This document shows positions 1 through 11,789 of a stretch of DNA of 64,000 bases, in pieces. The stretch covers positions 24,457,247-24,521,246 of the forward strand of contig NC_081385.1 in assembly GCF_030684315.1 (NCBI RefSeq), given 5' to 3'. The stretch comes from Stegostoma tigrinum (Eukaryota). A model generated the notes under the pieces. It ran no database searches, was not told where the DNA came from, and saw only the letters and a list, made by a program, of their open reading frames with translations. The position numbers and the translations under genes are program-made. Within the stretch, counting starts at the first letter, position 1. Each line of letters starts with the position of its first letter.

Positions 1-1678
1 GCCTTTGTGTTCTCCCTAATCCGATCTGCCAAGCCTTTCTCGTGCCCCCTCCTGGCTCTCCTCAGACCATTTTTGAGCTACTTCCTCACCTGCCTGTAAT
101 CCTCTAGAGCTGAGCTTGACCCTAGCTTCCTCCACCTTATGTAAGCTACCTTCTTCCTTTTGACGAGAAGCTCCACCGCTCTCGTCATCCAAGGTTCCTT
201 TATCTTACCCCTTCTTGCCTGTCTCAGAGGGACATATTTATTCATCACTCGAAACAACTGTTCCTTAAACAGTGTCCACCTGTCGATAGTGCCTTTACCA
301 TGGAACAATTGCTCCCAGTCCATGCTTCCTAACTCATGTCTAATCGCATCATAGTTTCCTCTTCCCCAATTAAATATCCTCCCATTTTGCCTAATCCTCT
401 CCTTCTCCATAGCTATGTAGAATGTGAGGCAGTTATGGTCACTATCACCAAAATGCTCTCCCACCACAAGATCTGATACCTGCCCTGGCTCGTTTACGAG
501 CACCAAGTCTAGAATGGCCTCTCCCCTCGTCGGCCTGTCAACGTACTGAGTTAGGAAGCCCTCCTGAACACACCATATAAAAACAGCTCCATTCAAATCT
601 TCTGCTCGAAGGAGGTTCCAATCAATATTAGGAAAGTTAAAGTCACCCATTACAACAACCCTACTACGTCCACACTTTTCCAAAATCTGTCGACCTATGC
701 TTTCTTCAATCTCCCTGCTGCTATTGGGGGGCCTGTAGTAAACCCCTAATGAGGTGACTACTCCCTTGCTGTTCCTAATTTCCACCCATACTGACTCGGT
801 AGGCAGATCTTCCTCGACAATGGAAGTTTCTGTAGCTGTGATACCCTCTCTGATTAGTAGTGCTACACCCCCTCCTCTTTCTCCCCCCTCCCTATTCTTT
901 TTAAATGTTCTAAACCCTGGAAGATCCAGCAACCATTCCTGCTCCTGAGAAACCCATCTCTCTGTTATGGCCACAACATCATAGCACCAGGTACTGATCC
1001 ATGCTCTAAGTTCATCGCTTTTATTCCTGATACTCCTTGCGTTAAAGCAAACACACTTTAACTGATCCCTTGGTTCCTTCCCAGGAAAATCCTCCCCACT
1101 AGCTGGTCTACCTCTTGCTACTGCCTCACCTGCATCAATTCTCACCCCCGGTATACAGCTCAGGTTCCCACCCCCCTGCCATACTAGTTTAAACCCTCTC
1201 GTACTACTCGAGCAAACCTTCCACCCAGGAAATTAGTCCCCTTCCAGTTCAGATGCAACCCGTGCTTCTTGTACAGGTCCCACCTTCCCCAAAGGCATCC
1301 CAAATATATACATATCTGAAGCCCTCCCTCCTACACCAGCTGCGCAGCCACGTGTTAAGCTGCCCCCGCTCCCTGTTCCTCGCCTCGCTATCTCGTGGCA
1401 CCGGTAGTAAACTAGAGAACACTACTCTGTTCGTCCTGCTTTGCAGCTTCCATCCTAACTCCCTGAAATCACTTTTTATATCCTCAATCCTTTTTCTGGC
1501 TATATCATTAGTGCCAATATGTAACACGATTTCTGGCTGTTCGCCCTCCCCTTTTAGAACCTTATACACCCGATCGGAGACGTCCCGGACCCTGGCACCA
1601 GGGAGGCAACGTACCTTCCGGGAATCCCAATCCTGACCACAAAATCTCCTGTTGATTCCCCTAACTATCGAGTCCCCT
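1..1678 (-). mobile_element. CR1-clade LINE: ORF1 SGNH esterase remnant plus ORF2 APE endonuclease, running off the window start
   Basis: ORF 78-1145 has APE motifs NARSIRNK, YDVVAITE, GVYYRPP, MGDFNFP, LDLVL and SDHN. 1249-1678 encodes GDSIVRG...CLPGARVRDV...HIGTND, the CR1/L2 ORF1 esterase signature. Confidence 0.95.
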
Positions 1679-1680
1679 CA

Positions 1681-1862
1681 CTATCGTGTCCCTTTTCTTC
1701 TCCTCTATCCATTTTCTATCTGCCTCCCCTCTCTCCCTATTTATTTCAGAATGCCCTTCCCCTTCCCCATTTCTGATGAAGGGTCTAGGCCTGAAATGTT
1801 AGCTTTCCTGTTCCTATGATACTGCTTGGCCTGCTGTGTTCATTCAGCTCTACACTTTGTTA
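1681..1862. mobile_element. Penelope-like element terminal (pseudo-LTR) fragment
   Basis: ctgatgaagggtctaggcctgaaa...tgcttggcctgctgtgttcattcagctc matches the terminal repeat of the GIY-YIG-bearing element at 36396-37155. Confidence 0.75.
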
Positions 1863-1889
1863 GCCCAGCAAGGAATGCTTCCTAGGTAA

Positions 1890-2117
1890 AAACTGAAAGA
1901 TCTGTGGATGCTGTAAATCACAAACTAAAATAGAGGTTGCCCAAAAAACTCAGCAGGTCTGGCAGTTTCTGTGGGGAGAAATCAAAGTTAACGTTTCAGG
2001 TTGAGTGATCCTTCCTCAGAACTGATGGTAGCCAGCTAGCTCTGAAATGGTAACTCTGATTTCTCTTCACAGATGCTGCCAGAACTGCCGAGCTTTTCCA
2101 GCAATCTCTATTTTTGT
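1890..2117. mobile_element. Hairpin (inverted-repeat) non-autonomous repeat, MER6/Penelope-derived-like. Related copies near 10095-10290, 11525-11650, 25800-26015, 30555-30720, 31950-32170 and 58330-58560
   Basis: Arm aaactcagcaggtctggcagcatctgtggagagaaa recurs with its reverse complement tttctc...cacagatgctgccagacctgctgagtttt in each copy. Confidence 0.7.
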
Positions 2118-3745
2118 TAAGAGCAGTTGCCTGCTATGTGACTTTGCTAATTGACATGCCAAAGCAAGACAGTGATGCTTTAAGCATGAGTTAGATGCGA
2201 GGTGAGTAACTATTAAGAGAACAAGCACAAAGCCTTAACTTGCAGCATGGCCCAGTCTGTGAAATGGGTACCTGCGCTTGTGTGCAAAGTATTCTCACTG
2301 CCGTCTTTCAATGCTGTTTACCATTGCTACCTGCAATGCTAATCTGTGTCTACAAAGCAACCTCCCAATGTATTGAAAAGGTGCCAGAATGATCAAGAAG
2401 GATTGTTAAATGCTGCGTGCCAATGTCTGTGGAAGAGGGATGTGTGCCAGCTAGTGCCTGGGAATCATTCCTGCGCTGCAGTTTGCTCATAAACAACGTG
2501 GAGATCATTTGGAGCCAGCGATGGGGGATGCTAAGACCTAGTGGTATTATTGTGAAACTATTAATCCAGAAACTCAGCTAATGTTCTGGGGACACAGATT
2601 TGTATCCCACCATCACAGATTGTGGAATTTAATATCAACAAAAAAATATGGATTTGAGAAATGACTAATGACTGTAAAATCATTGCTGATTGTTGTGGAA
2701 AGCCCCTCTGGTTCAAGAATGTCCTTCAGGGAAGGAAATCTGCCATTCTCACCTGGTCAGGCCGACATATAACTCCAGACCCACAGCAATGATTCTCAAC
2801 TGCCTTCAGGGCATTTGGGGATAGACAATGAATGCTGGCCTAGCCCATAGCCTGTGAATGATTTTTTTAAAAAAGCAGATTTCTTTGTTGAGTTTTCCAG
2901 ATGTCAAACTTGTTTAGTGAGTTTGGCAAAATGGCAGATTGAATATTCATTTGGAAAATGGGCTGTTGGCAAGGTACTTAACAAATAATGACAACTTACT
3001 ATTGCCTAGAGAGAAACTTGCCCTGCTGCTTGTAAAAACCGTAGAAGATGTGTGGGATACTCCCAATGTTGAGTTAGGCCTCACCTCACTTATTGCCTGA
3101 TTCTGCTGCACATCTCGCATTATGCTGCTTCACTCACCCACGTGTAAGATTCTGCCCAGAATCTTCCTCAACACAGTTCCACTCTTGCTCCTGTGCTGTC
3201 ATTCTTCTGTGACTTAGAAGAGGCAGGAGACAAAAGTCGCATTTGCATTTGGCTCCCAAACCTGCAACCTGTTGGTAATTAATTAAAGTTATGATGGACG
3301 AACTGTTATTTAACATGGAGGCAGGTCCCCTGGCCAGATCAGCATGATAAGTAGGTTCTGGGGTTTGGGGGTGCAGAGGCTTACCATATTCAAAGAAGCA
3401 TCTGATCGCATATAAGAAGAGTAACTAGAGAATTTTCTCAACAAGAAGCTGCATTTCCAGCCAACTTTTAAAGTTAAAAACAGCACAGAAAGCTGCCAAG
3501 TCACGACAACAGATGCAGAATGAAGTCCCAGCATAATTATTCTTTTGTTTATGCACTCACTCAGGCAGGTAGGTAGGTGCTGTGAGCCTCGCGGGTGTGC
3601 TGGTACTTTGGCCTTCAGCTGGGCCCTCACTCCAAGCTGCATACTCAGTCTTCACTGCATCAGGAAACTGAAGGACAACTAAAAATGTCCAGTCGGCCTC
3701 CTTAACTTCTTCACAGCAATGCTTTCAATTGCCTGCCCATCTTAT

Positions 3746-4042
3746 GGGTGGCACGATGTCTCAGTGCTTAGCTCGGCTGCTTCACAGCACCAGGAACCAA
3801 TGTTTGATTCCATCCTTGGGTGACTGTTTGTGCGGAGTTTGCACATTCTCCCTGTTTCCTCTCGCAGTCCAAAGATGTGCAGGGTAAACAGACTGACCGT
3901 GCAAAATTGCCCTGTAGTGTCCAGAGATATGTAGGCTAGATGAGATAACCATGGTAAATGCAGGGTTACAGGGATCGGGTGGGTGAGTGAAGACTCAACA
4001 GATTGAATGTCTTCTTTCTGTACTGTAGGGATTCCGTGATTC
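3746..4042 (+). mobile_element. tRNA-derived V-SINE (HE1-like)
   Basis: A-box-like ctcagtgcttagc, B-box-like gtttgattcc, core ggagtttgcacattctcc...cagtccaaagatgtgcagg, CR1-like tail ctgtagggattc. Confidence 0.8.
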
Positions 4043-5254
4043 TAATTGGCCTTTACAGGCCACAAATCTTTGCAGAGCAAAATGGCTATTGTATGGATGG
4101 GGTCAGGAATATAGCACGTCAGCTTGCATTGTAATTTTCAGGCCTCACTTGCCTTTCCTCCTCACGTCAGTGGAGCTGAAACATTCAGCCTGTGTGTGTC
4201 TGTTAGATTGAAATGGAGCTTTATAACTGGGCGGGGTTGTCCTCAAAGGTAAGGTAGTACCAGTATTGGTAATCCCAGAGAAACGTAGGGCTTCTCTCTC
4301 ATTACAGAGAAACAGCTAGTGGTGAGCTTAACCTGAGGGTCAGCATGCCCCAGGTGAGGATTGAAGTTGAGAGGGCAAGACCTTCATACTGACCTTAATT
4401 GGTCCAGAAATCGAACCCACACGTTCGGTATCACTCTGTATTGCAAACCAGCAATACTGCCACCTGAACTAACTGGTGGAACACTTGTGAAGAACCCTGT
4501 CACAGGGGGAGAATGATGGCTATTTTAGGAAATGGAGCTGTTTGTGTGTGATGACTTCACTGTTGTGAGATTGCACAGCTCAGCTCGACCATAATAGGCC
4601 ACACTGATCACTCTTTTTTGTGTGCCTCACAGCTGGCCATTTTAGTCTCTGTTCCATCAAAGCCAGGTTTCTGCATCTGTGGATTAAACACAAACATTAG
4701 CAGTTCTGTTGTAAGCTGTACAAAATTCGTTCCATTCCCTTTTTTAACTCCAACTGATTGCAGTTTCAAGAAGAGCAGACAAATAAATTCAGCAGGGGCA
4801 GATAAAGTGGAAACACTTGTTTAGTAAGGCCTGATACTGACTACAAAAAAATCGCAAAGTGGGTTTGAACTCAAAATTGAAACACATTAAAGAGAAATTG
4901 AATTGATCAGCAGCATGAATGACTATTACATCTATTTTTATGGAAAGTAGCTTATCGTCAGGAGCATTAGCTAAAAGCAACGTGGAAAAAATTATCACTG
5001 CTTTCTCTTGTTTTTAAAAATCCAGCAATAGCATTCATGTCTCTCTGACAATATTGTTGCCCATGCTTATCTGCAGGGGGATTTGCATAGCTTGGGCTCA
5101 CAAGTGATTTAACAGCATTCTTACTAATGATCATCTCTAACAGTAGAAAGCACAACCATATCATTCTGAATTCAAATACAATTCATCTCAAAGCCCCTTA
5201 CCAGCAACATCTTGGGGATCACAACTGACTAAAAAAAACTTAATTGATGGATGT

Positions 5255-5595
5255 ATACTATCATAGAAATCTCTACAGTATGGATGCAGGTCCTTTGGCT
5301 CAGCAAGGCCACACCAATCCTCAGAGCATCCCACCCTGAGGGCATCCCACCCTGAGGGCATCCCACCCTGACCCATCCCCCTATAACCCACCTAATCTAC
5401 ACATCCCTGAACACTACGGTAATTTTGCATGGCTAATCCACCTAATCTACACTTCTTTGGACTGTGAGGAAACTGGAGCACCAGAAGAAACCCATGCAGA
5501 CATGGGGAGAATGTGCAAACCCCACACAGTCACCCAAGGGTGGAATCAAATGCAGGTCCCTGTGAGGCAGCAGTGCTAACCACTGAGCCACTGAG
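5255..5595 (-). mobile_element. V-SINE (HE1-like) with an internal 16-bp triplication
   Basis: Reverse complement of the SINE at 3746. gcatcccaccctgagg occurs 3 times at about 5326-5371. Confidence 0.8.
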
Positions 5596-5665
5596 TGAAC
5601 ATCAGCAGAGACCCTATGCCAACTAACATGGTTCAACCTTGGATGAAATTAACAGTAAACTCCAG

Positions 5666-6922
5666 TCATTGCCATTGCTTGTGAACTTGCTGGTGTCTCA
5701 GCAGATTGGATGACTGACTGAATTCCTTCCCACACTTTGAGCAGGTGAATGGTCTCTCTCCAGCGTGAACTCGCTGGTGTAAAGTGAGCTTGCATAATCG
5801 CTTGAGCCCAATCTCACAGTGAGAGCATCTGAATAGTTTCTCATCTGTATGAACGCGTAGATGGGACATCAGTTCCCGGGTACTTTCAGAGCCTTTACCA
5901 CACTTAGGACATTTAAATGGCTTGTCTCCAGTGTGAACTAGCTGGTGTAGCAGCAGGTGAGATGATCGAGTGAATTCCTTCTCACATTCAGAGAGGCTGA
6001 ATGGCCTCTCTCCAGTGTGTATTCACTCATGTACAGTGAGTTCAGAGGAGTGCTTGAACTGACTCTAACAGTAAGAGCATCTGAATAGTCTCTTGTCAAT
6101 GTGAATACATCAATGAGACATCAGCTCCTAAGAACTTTTACAGTGTTTGCACAATCTGGGCATTTGAAAGGTTCCTCCTCGCCAGTGTGAATCGCATTCT
6201 GAGCAGGTGAATAGCCGTTCCCCAGAGTGAACTCGCTGGTGCGCAGTGAGGTTAGATGAATGTCTGACTCCAGTCTCACATAGAAAGCATCTGAATGGCC
6301 TGACATCAGTATGAATATATTGATGGGACATCAGTTCCCAGGTACTTTTATAGCCTTTACCACTGTCTGGGCATTTATTAGGCCTCTCCCCGGCATGAAC
6401 CAGCTGGTGATGCAGCAGGTGGGATGGCCGAATGAGGTTCTTCCCACATTCAGAGCAGGTGAATAGCCTGTCTCCTGTGAAAGCTCTCAGGTGTACAGTG
6501 AGGTTTGAGGAGTGCTTGAGCCCACTTCCACAGTAAGATCACCTGAAAGGTCTCTTGCCAGTGTGAACAAGTTGATGGGACTTGGGTTCCCTGGAACTTG
6601 TCCAGCACTTCTCACAATCTGGACATTTAAAAGGTTTCTCATGAGTGTGAACTTTCCGATGTGTACGTAGCTCGCTTGAGCCAGTGAATCCTCTGCCACA
6701 CTCAGGACAGATGAAAGGTCTGTTTCTAGGGTAAATGTGTTGATGTCTTTTCAGTTGAGATGGATAATTGAATTTCTTTTCACAATCTCCACATTTACAC
6801 AGTTTCTTCCTTTTCTGACTGGATTTATGTTTTGACAGGCTAGATAATCAGCTGAATCCTTGTTCACACACAGAACACATGTATGGTTTCTCTCCAATTT
6901 TAATGGTACTCTTTCCTTCCAT
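5666..6922 (-). pseudogene. Tandem C2H2 (Kruppel-type) zinc-finger pseudogene, about 15 fingers, single exon
   Basis: Reads MEGKSTIKIGEKPYMCSVC... with repeated CxxC...HxxxH and TGERPF-type linkers. In-frame TGA at 6848-6850 and 6539-6541, a deletion/frameshift near 6190, and several lost zinc ligands. Confidence 0.92.
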
Positions 6923-7163
6923 ATTCACAATCCAGTGATATTGCTCTTGAAAGACGCTGGTTCCAATTTCCTTATGTAATCCTTATTTTAAAGACACGGC
7001 CTCAGTCTCCTGATATGCCAATGCAAGATGGTCTTGCCATGTCTGTTGTGAAAATTGTTTCCCACAGACAGAACACAAACTGCTTATGTTCCATGTTCAA
7101 AGGCTGATAAAAGTCAGGTCCCGGTGAACTAAATACCTTTGGGATCTGGGACCTGGCATGTCC

Positions 7164-7358
7164 GGGGGCCCTGAGCCAGGGCCTGCCACCGCCTGGGGGC
7201 TGTGAGCCAGGGCCTGTCATGCCTGGGGCCCCTAAGCTTGGGCCTGTCACTGCCCAAGGGCCCTGAACCAGAGCCTACCACCACCTGGGGGCACTGAGCT
7301 GGGTCTGTCATTGCCCGGTGGCCGTGGGCCAGGGCCTGTCACTGCCTGGGGGCCCGCG
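7164..7358. repeat. GC-rich minisatellite, about 31-bp unit, about 6 copies
   Basis: Unit ggggccctgagccagggcctg(c/t)cac(c/t)gcct repeated with divergence. Confidence 0.85.
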
Positions 7359-9195
7359 GCTGTTTCCCACAAATGCAGGACTGGAAATTCCTAACTGGGG
7401 CCCAAAGGCCTCCAACCGGGTGCTGATAAAATCTCTCATTCCAAAATAGGCTCCATCTGTCGTCTCCAAACACCCTTCATTCAGTACCAATATCATGATA
7501 ACACAAATAAAACAGAGCCTTAAATGATCTTGGATGAGGTGCTCATTGCAACAAGATCAATGGTGTGAATATACTTGAGCCATGCAGAAAGCTGAATGCA
7601 CACCCATGTGGATTAACAGCTATATCCTTTAATAATACAAAGGCTACCCTACAGATTCAGGAATAATAGGAACTGCAGATGCTGGAGAATCCGAGCTAAC
7701 AAGGTGTGAAGCTGGCCAAGCAGCATCTTAGGAGCAAGAAAGCTGAAATTTCGGGCCTAGATCCTTCATTCCTGTTCCCCGTTCAATACAATCATGGCTG
7801 ATCATCATCATCATTGTCTTCATTACAGTTATAAAGTATGAATCGGCAATGGTTATGTAGCTGGAAAAATGGGATCAGTGGTTATCATTTGAAGTCATTG
7901 AACTCAGTGTTGAATCTGGAGATGTAAAGTGGCAAATAAAACAATAAGATGTGTTCCTCAAATCTTTCTTTAATTTAATTAGAATAAAATGGAAAACTGG
8001 AGATGGGGAAGTCAGGATGGGCCTGAAGGGATAAATAACATGATAAATGACCTGAAGATTGGGGTCATGCTTGCAAAGTGAACAGGAATGTTCTACACAG
8101 CAATTACTGAAGTTACATTGGCCTCACCATTGCATGTGATAACACGTTGTGAGCGAAAGTTACAGTACGTTCAACTCAAAGAAGTACAATGCCACATCAG
8201 GTGAATGGAGTTTTTGCAGCCCTGAAAAAGGGTGAAACGGGAAGGAGGTATAAGATAAGGGATAACAGATCCTGTGCTTGCCTGGGAGGTGTTCTTGGGA
8301 AGAGGTGGAGGTGATTGATGTACTAAAGAGTGAACTAGGTGCCAGAGAACGAAAAACCCATTTAAATACTAAAAGGGGAGCGCAGGAGAAAATATGGTTG
8401 GTGCTGCTCATGTTTGAAGGGGATGAAAGGAGAGTGATCCACTGAATACTGTTGGAGTGGAAGATAAAGACGAGGAGAATCTGGAGGGAGGAGAAAAGCT
8501 GAGTGTAGAACTATCAACCATAATGGAAGTAAGTCCTTCCAAGGGAAAAGGATGACTATGTTATTTGCAAAGCTTTCCAACATCTGGGATTCCTCTTGAC
8601 TCATGCCTGGATCTGCTCTAGACCGATTGATTGATGTTGATTTCCATTATCAGTTATTGCTTCATTGTTACTGTATCACATGACAAGCAGGAGAGCAAGC
8701 AAAGTGGACTCTTCTTTTCAGAATTTTCCTTCTGGAAACCTTGAAAAGAGGGCAACTTAATTGGTAGTAATAACAGGCCATTGGCTGAAGAATAACTTGG
8801 CCTGAGTTCTAATTTGTGATAATAAGAAAGTACAAAATAAATAGGGCTTTTTAAAAGCTTTCATGTAAATAAATTATTCACTAATAATTCACTGTTACTT
8901 TTGCTCAGTGGACAATTCAGTTGGTCCACAAATAGTGGTTTCTCTGTGAAAAGTTTTTTTTAAATTTCCACTACACTACACAGTGCAAACCATCAGTAGC
9001 CTAATGAAATATACATTTCCTTCCTCCCTTCACCTGACCTGGTTGATCATAGTCAACAGATCTTGCATTTCTGACACTTCTGAAATGAGGAAGAGGGCAA
9101 TCACTGCTGATGTAGGTTAATGCATACACAAACGGTGCTTAACTAAAATTTTGTGAAGATAGAAATAAATTTGAACATATTTAAGAGAACGTGGA

Positions 9196-9253
9196 ATGGC
9201 GAGAATGTTCCTGCAGCTGATTGTGTTCACTCTGGCATGGACTGGTGTGGAAG
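9196..9253 (+). CDS. IgSF gene A, exon 1: signal peptide MARMFLQLIVFTLAWTGVE
   Basis: ATG, hydrophobic core, typical TGVEG-like end, phase-1 donor G|gttagt. Confidence 0.75.
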
Positions 9254-10329
9254 GTTAGTAAGTCCTGTATTCCAATCTCTGCAGCACAGTTCAAATTTAA
9301 ACTGATCACAAATATTGTTGATGCTAAATAAAAACTAAGATTACTGCTGGATCGTGTGAAAAAATTACAAATATAGTTAATATATCATTGACATTTTTAT
9401 GTAAGTTCCACAAAAATTCACATCTATATAGTATGAATGAGTGACTGGAAATTTTAAACAATAAGTTTCAGATTTGTCTGACATTTACAAGTTGAAGATT
9501 TTGCTGGAAATGTCTTGTGGATTGAAGTTCAGAGGGAGGTTCTGACATTAAAATCCATAATGTCGAAAAGTAATGTGATTTGCTGCCGTGCAGAATCCTT
9601 AGGGTACAAGTGGATATCAGTTTATAATATAACTTTAACATCATTTTATAGTGATAATTTAGTCAGTCAACTTAGGTTATAACAGCAAAATTTACATGCT
9701 ACAAATTAAACAACTTCGTAAGAGTGCATTGGTTGAATAATGAACAAATGAAGGAGACTATAATCATCCAACTTTGACTTGCACATTCAAAATAAATTAC
9801 CTTCTATTCAGTGTGATTCCACAATAAGGCAGGACTTAGTGACTTTGCAGGTCATTACAGAAAAAATAAATTTAAGACTATCATGAGAGATTTTAACATG
9901 CCTTGTCTATACTCGTTAGAATTGACATACATTCATGCACAGTTTGCTCTTCTCTGCAAACAAAGGAGCTCTATAAATCATATACTATGAAATTCACTCC
10001 AAATCTTAGGCCATAATACCAACGTAAAGGCACATTGCAAGTTGGGGTGATGTGTCCTATTAAAAACTGAAACAAAAAAAGATTAATAATAGAAAGCAAA
10101 GTACTGGAGCTGGAGATTTGAAACAAAAACAGAAATTGCTGGAGAAACTCAGCAGATCTGGCAGCATCTGTTGGGAGAAAGAAGAGTTGGTATTTCAGAT
10201 CTGGTGATTCACTGGACTTAAAAATTAACTACACTTTCTTTCCACCAGGTCTGCCACACCTGCTGAGTTTGTCGAGTAATTTCACCTTTTGAATATAGAG
10301 AGATTTATGGGACAAAATTAGGGTGCTCA

Positions 10330-10720
10330 AATGCATGCTGTTGAAGAGCTTCCAGCTTAATCCACATTCAGGTTTTTGTCTATAGTTCTGTTGGCTATAA
10401 TATCTCAAGGTTCGATATCTAACATATTTTTCCTTTACCTGAATTTGTTTTACCTTAACAATATTTTCAGGCAGTCAGTTCCTGACTGCCATCACTGACT
10501 TTGTGAAGAAAAAAATCCTCAGTTTCCCTCTACTGATTCTATCAAACATTATAAAGCTTTGGCACCTGGTTGTTGATACCCCTGCTAATAGAAATAGGCA
10601 ATTTCCAACCATTCTATCCTGCTCCCTCATAATTTTATACAAGTAAATTAAATCTCCAATCAGTGTCCTCATGTCAAAGAAAGAAATCTTGATATCACAT
10701 GGAAAATCCAGATATAGGCT
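10330..10720 (-). mobile_element. Degraded CR1 LINE 3' fragment
   Basis: RTLIGDLIYLYKIM...FFTKSVMAVRN is a decayed version of the CR1 ORF2 C-terminus RGDLIEVYKIM...FFTQRVV. Confidence 0.75.
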
Positions 10721-11789
10721 TTATACATTTGATGATGTCTGCAGATCATCAAATACTTGGCAGCCTGACTTAGATATATTCTTGATTGACAAGTAAAAAA
10801 GAGGGTATATGAGGTATTCAGTAAAGTAGATTTAAAGCTACAATCATCAGGCATGACCTTATGAAATAGTGGAGAGAGCCCAATGGGACACATTTCATTT
10901 TGTTTTACATGGACACATGCCATTCATGACTGCCAGTGAAAGTTGTGTTGGAAAATTGTCTTGTTGAAACATTGCCGTCTTGGGATGTAGGTATGCACAT
11001 AGTTTTCTACTTTTGTTCTACACGCTGAAAGTTGGGTGTTTGCAATGTGCTTTTGAAGGGGTTGTGCACTGGTGGATGATATGCATTGCTACCATTGTGC
11101 ATTAGTGGTGAAGGAAGTGACTGCTGAAGCTGGTGGAAGAGATGTCAATCAGGCAGGCTGCTTTTCTTGGTTAGCAGTTACCTTCTTGATGCACCCATCC
11201 AAGCAAATGGAGCGTATAGCATCAAATTCCTGATTTGTACCTTGTAGTTGATAGACATTGTGTAAACAGAAGTGAGTTATTTGTCACAGAATTTCTAGTC
11301 TCTAACCTGTTTTTGTAGCCACAGTATATATAGAGCTGGCCGAGCTCAGCTTGAAGTCAACAATAATCCTCAGTGGGTAACTTAGGTGATAGTCATGTCA
11401 GATGGAGATGGTCAGATTTTCTTCTTGATGGAGGTGGTCATTTCACTGCACCTATGCAGTGCAAATGGTATTCGCCACTTATAAGTCCAAGCCTTCATGT
11501 TGCCTAGATCTTGTTATGGATATAAAAACCAAAAGAATTGTGCATGCTGTAAATTAGGACCAAAAACAAAGTTTCTGGAAAAGCTCAGCAGGTCTGGCAG
11601 CATCTGTGAAGGAAAAAACAGAGTTAACGTTTTGGGTCCAGTGGCCCTTGTTATGGACCTATGCTGTTTCAGTGTCTGAAGAGTAAGGAATAGTGCTAAA
11701 CATTGTGCAATCATTAGTGACTGTTTCCACATCTGCTCCTATGAAGGAAGGAAGGTCAGCAATAAAGCATGCAAAGATGATTGGGCCTA

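Noticed and set aside
9254-9263. Alternative leader donor TA|gtaagt at 9257 spliced directly to the phase-2 V exon
   Set aside because: The junction would create TAG (TA+G).
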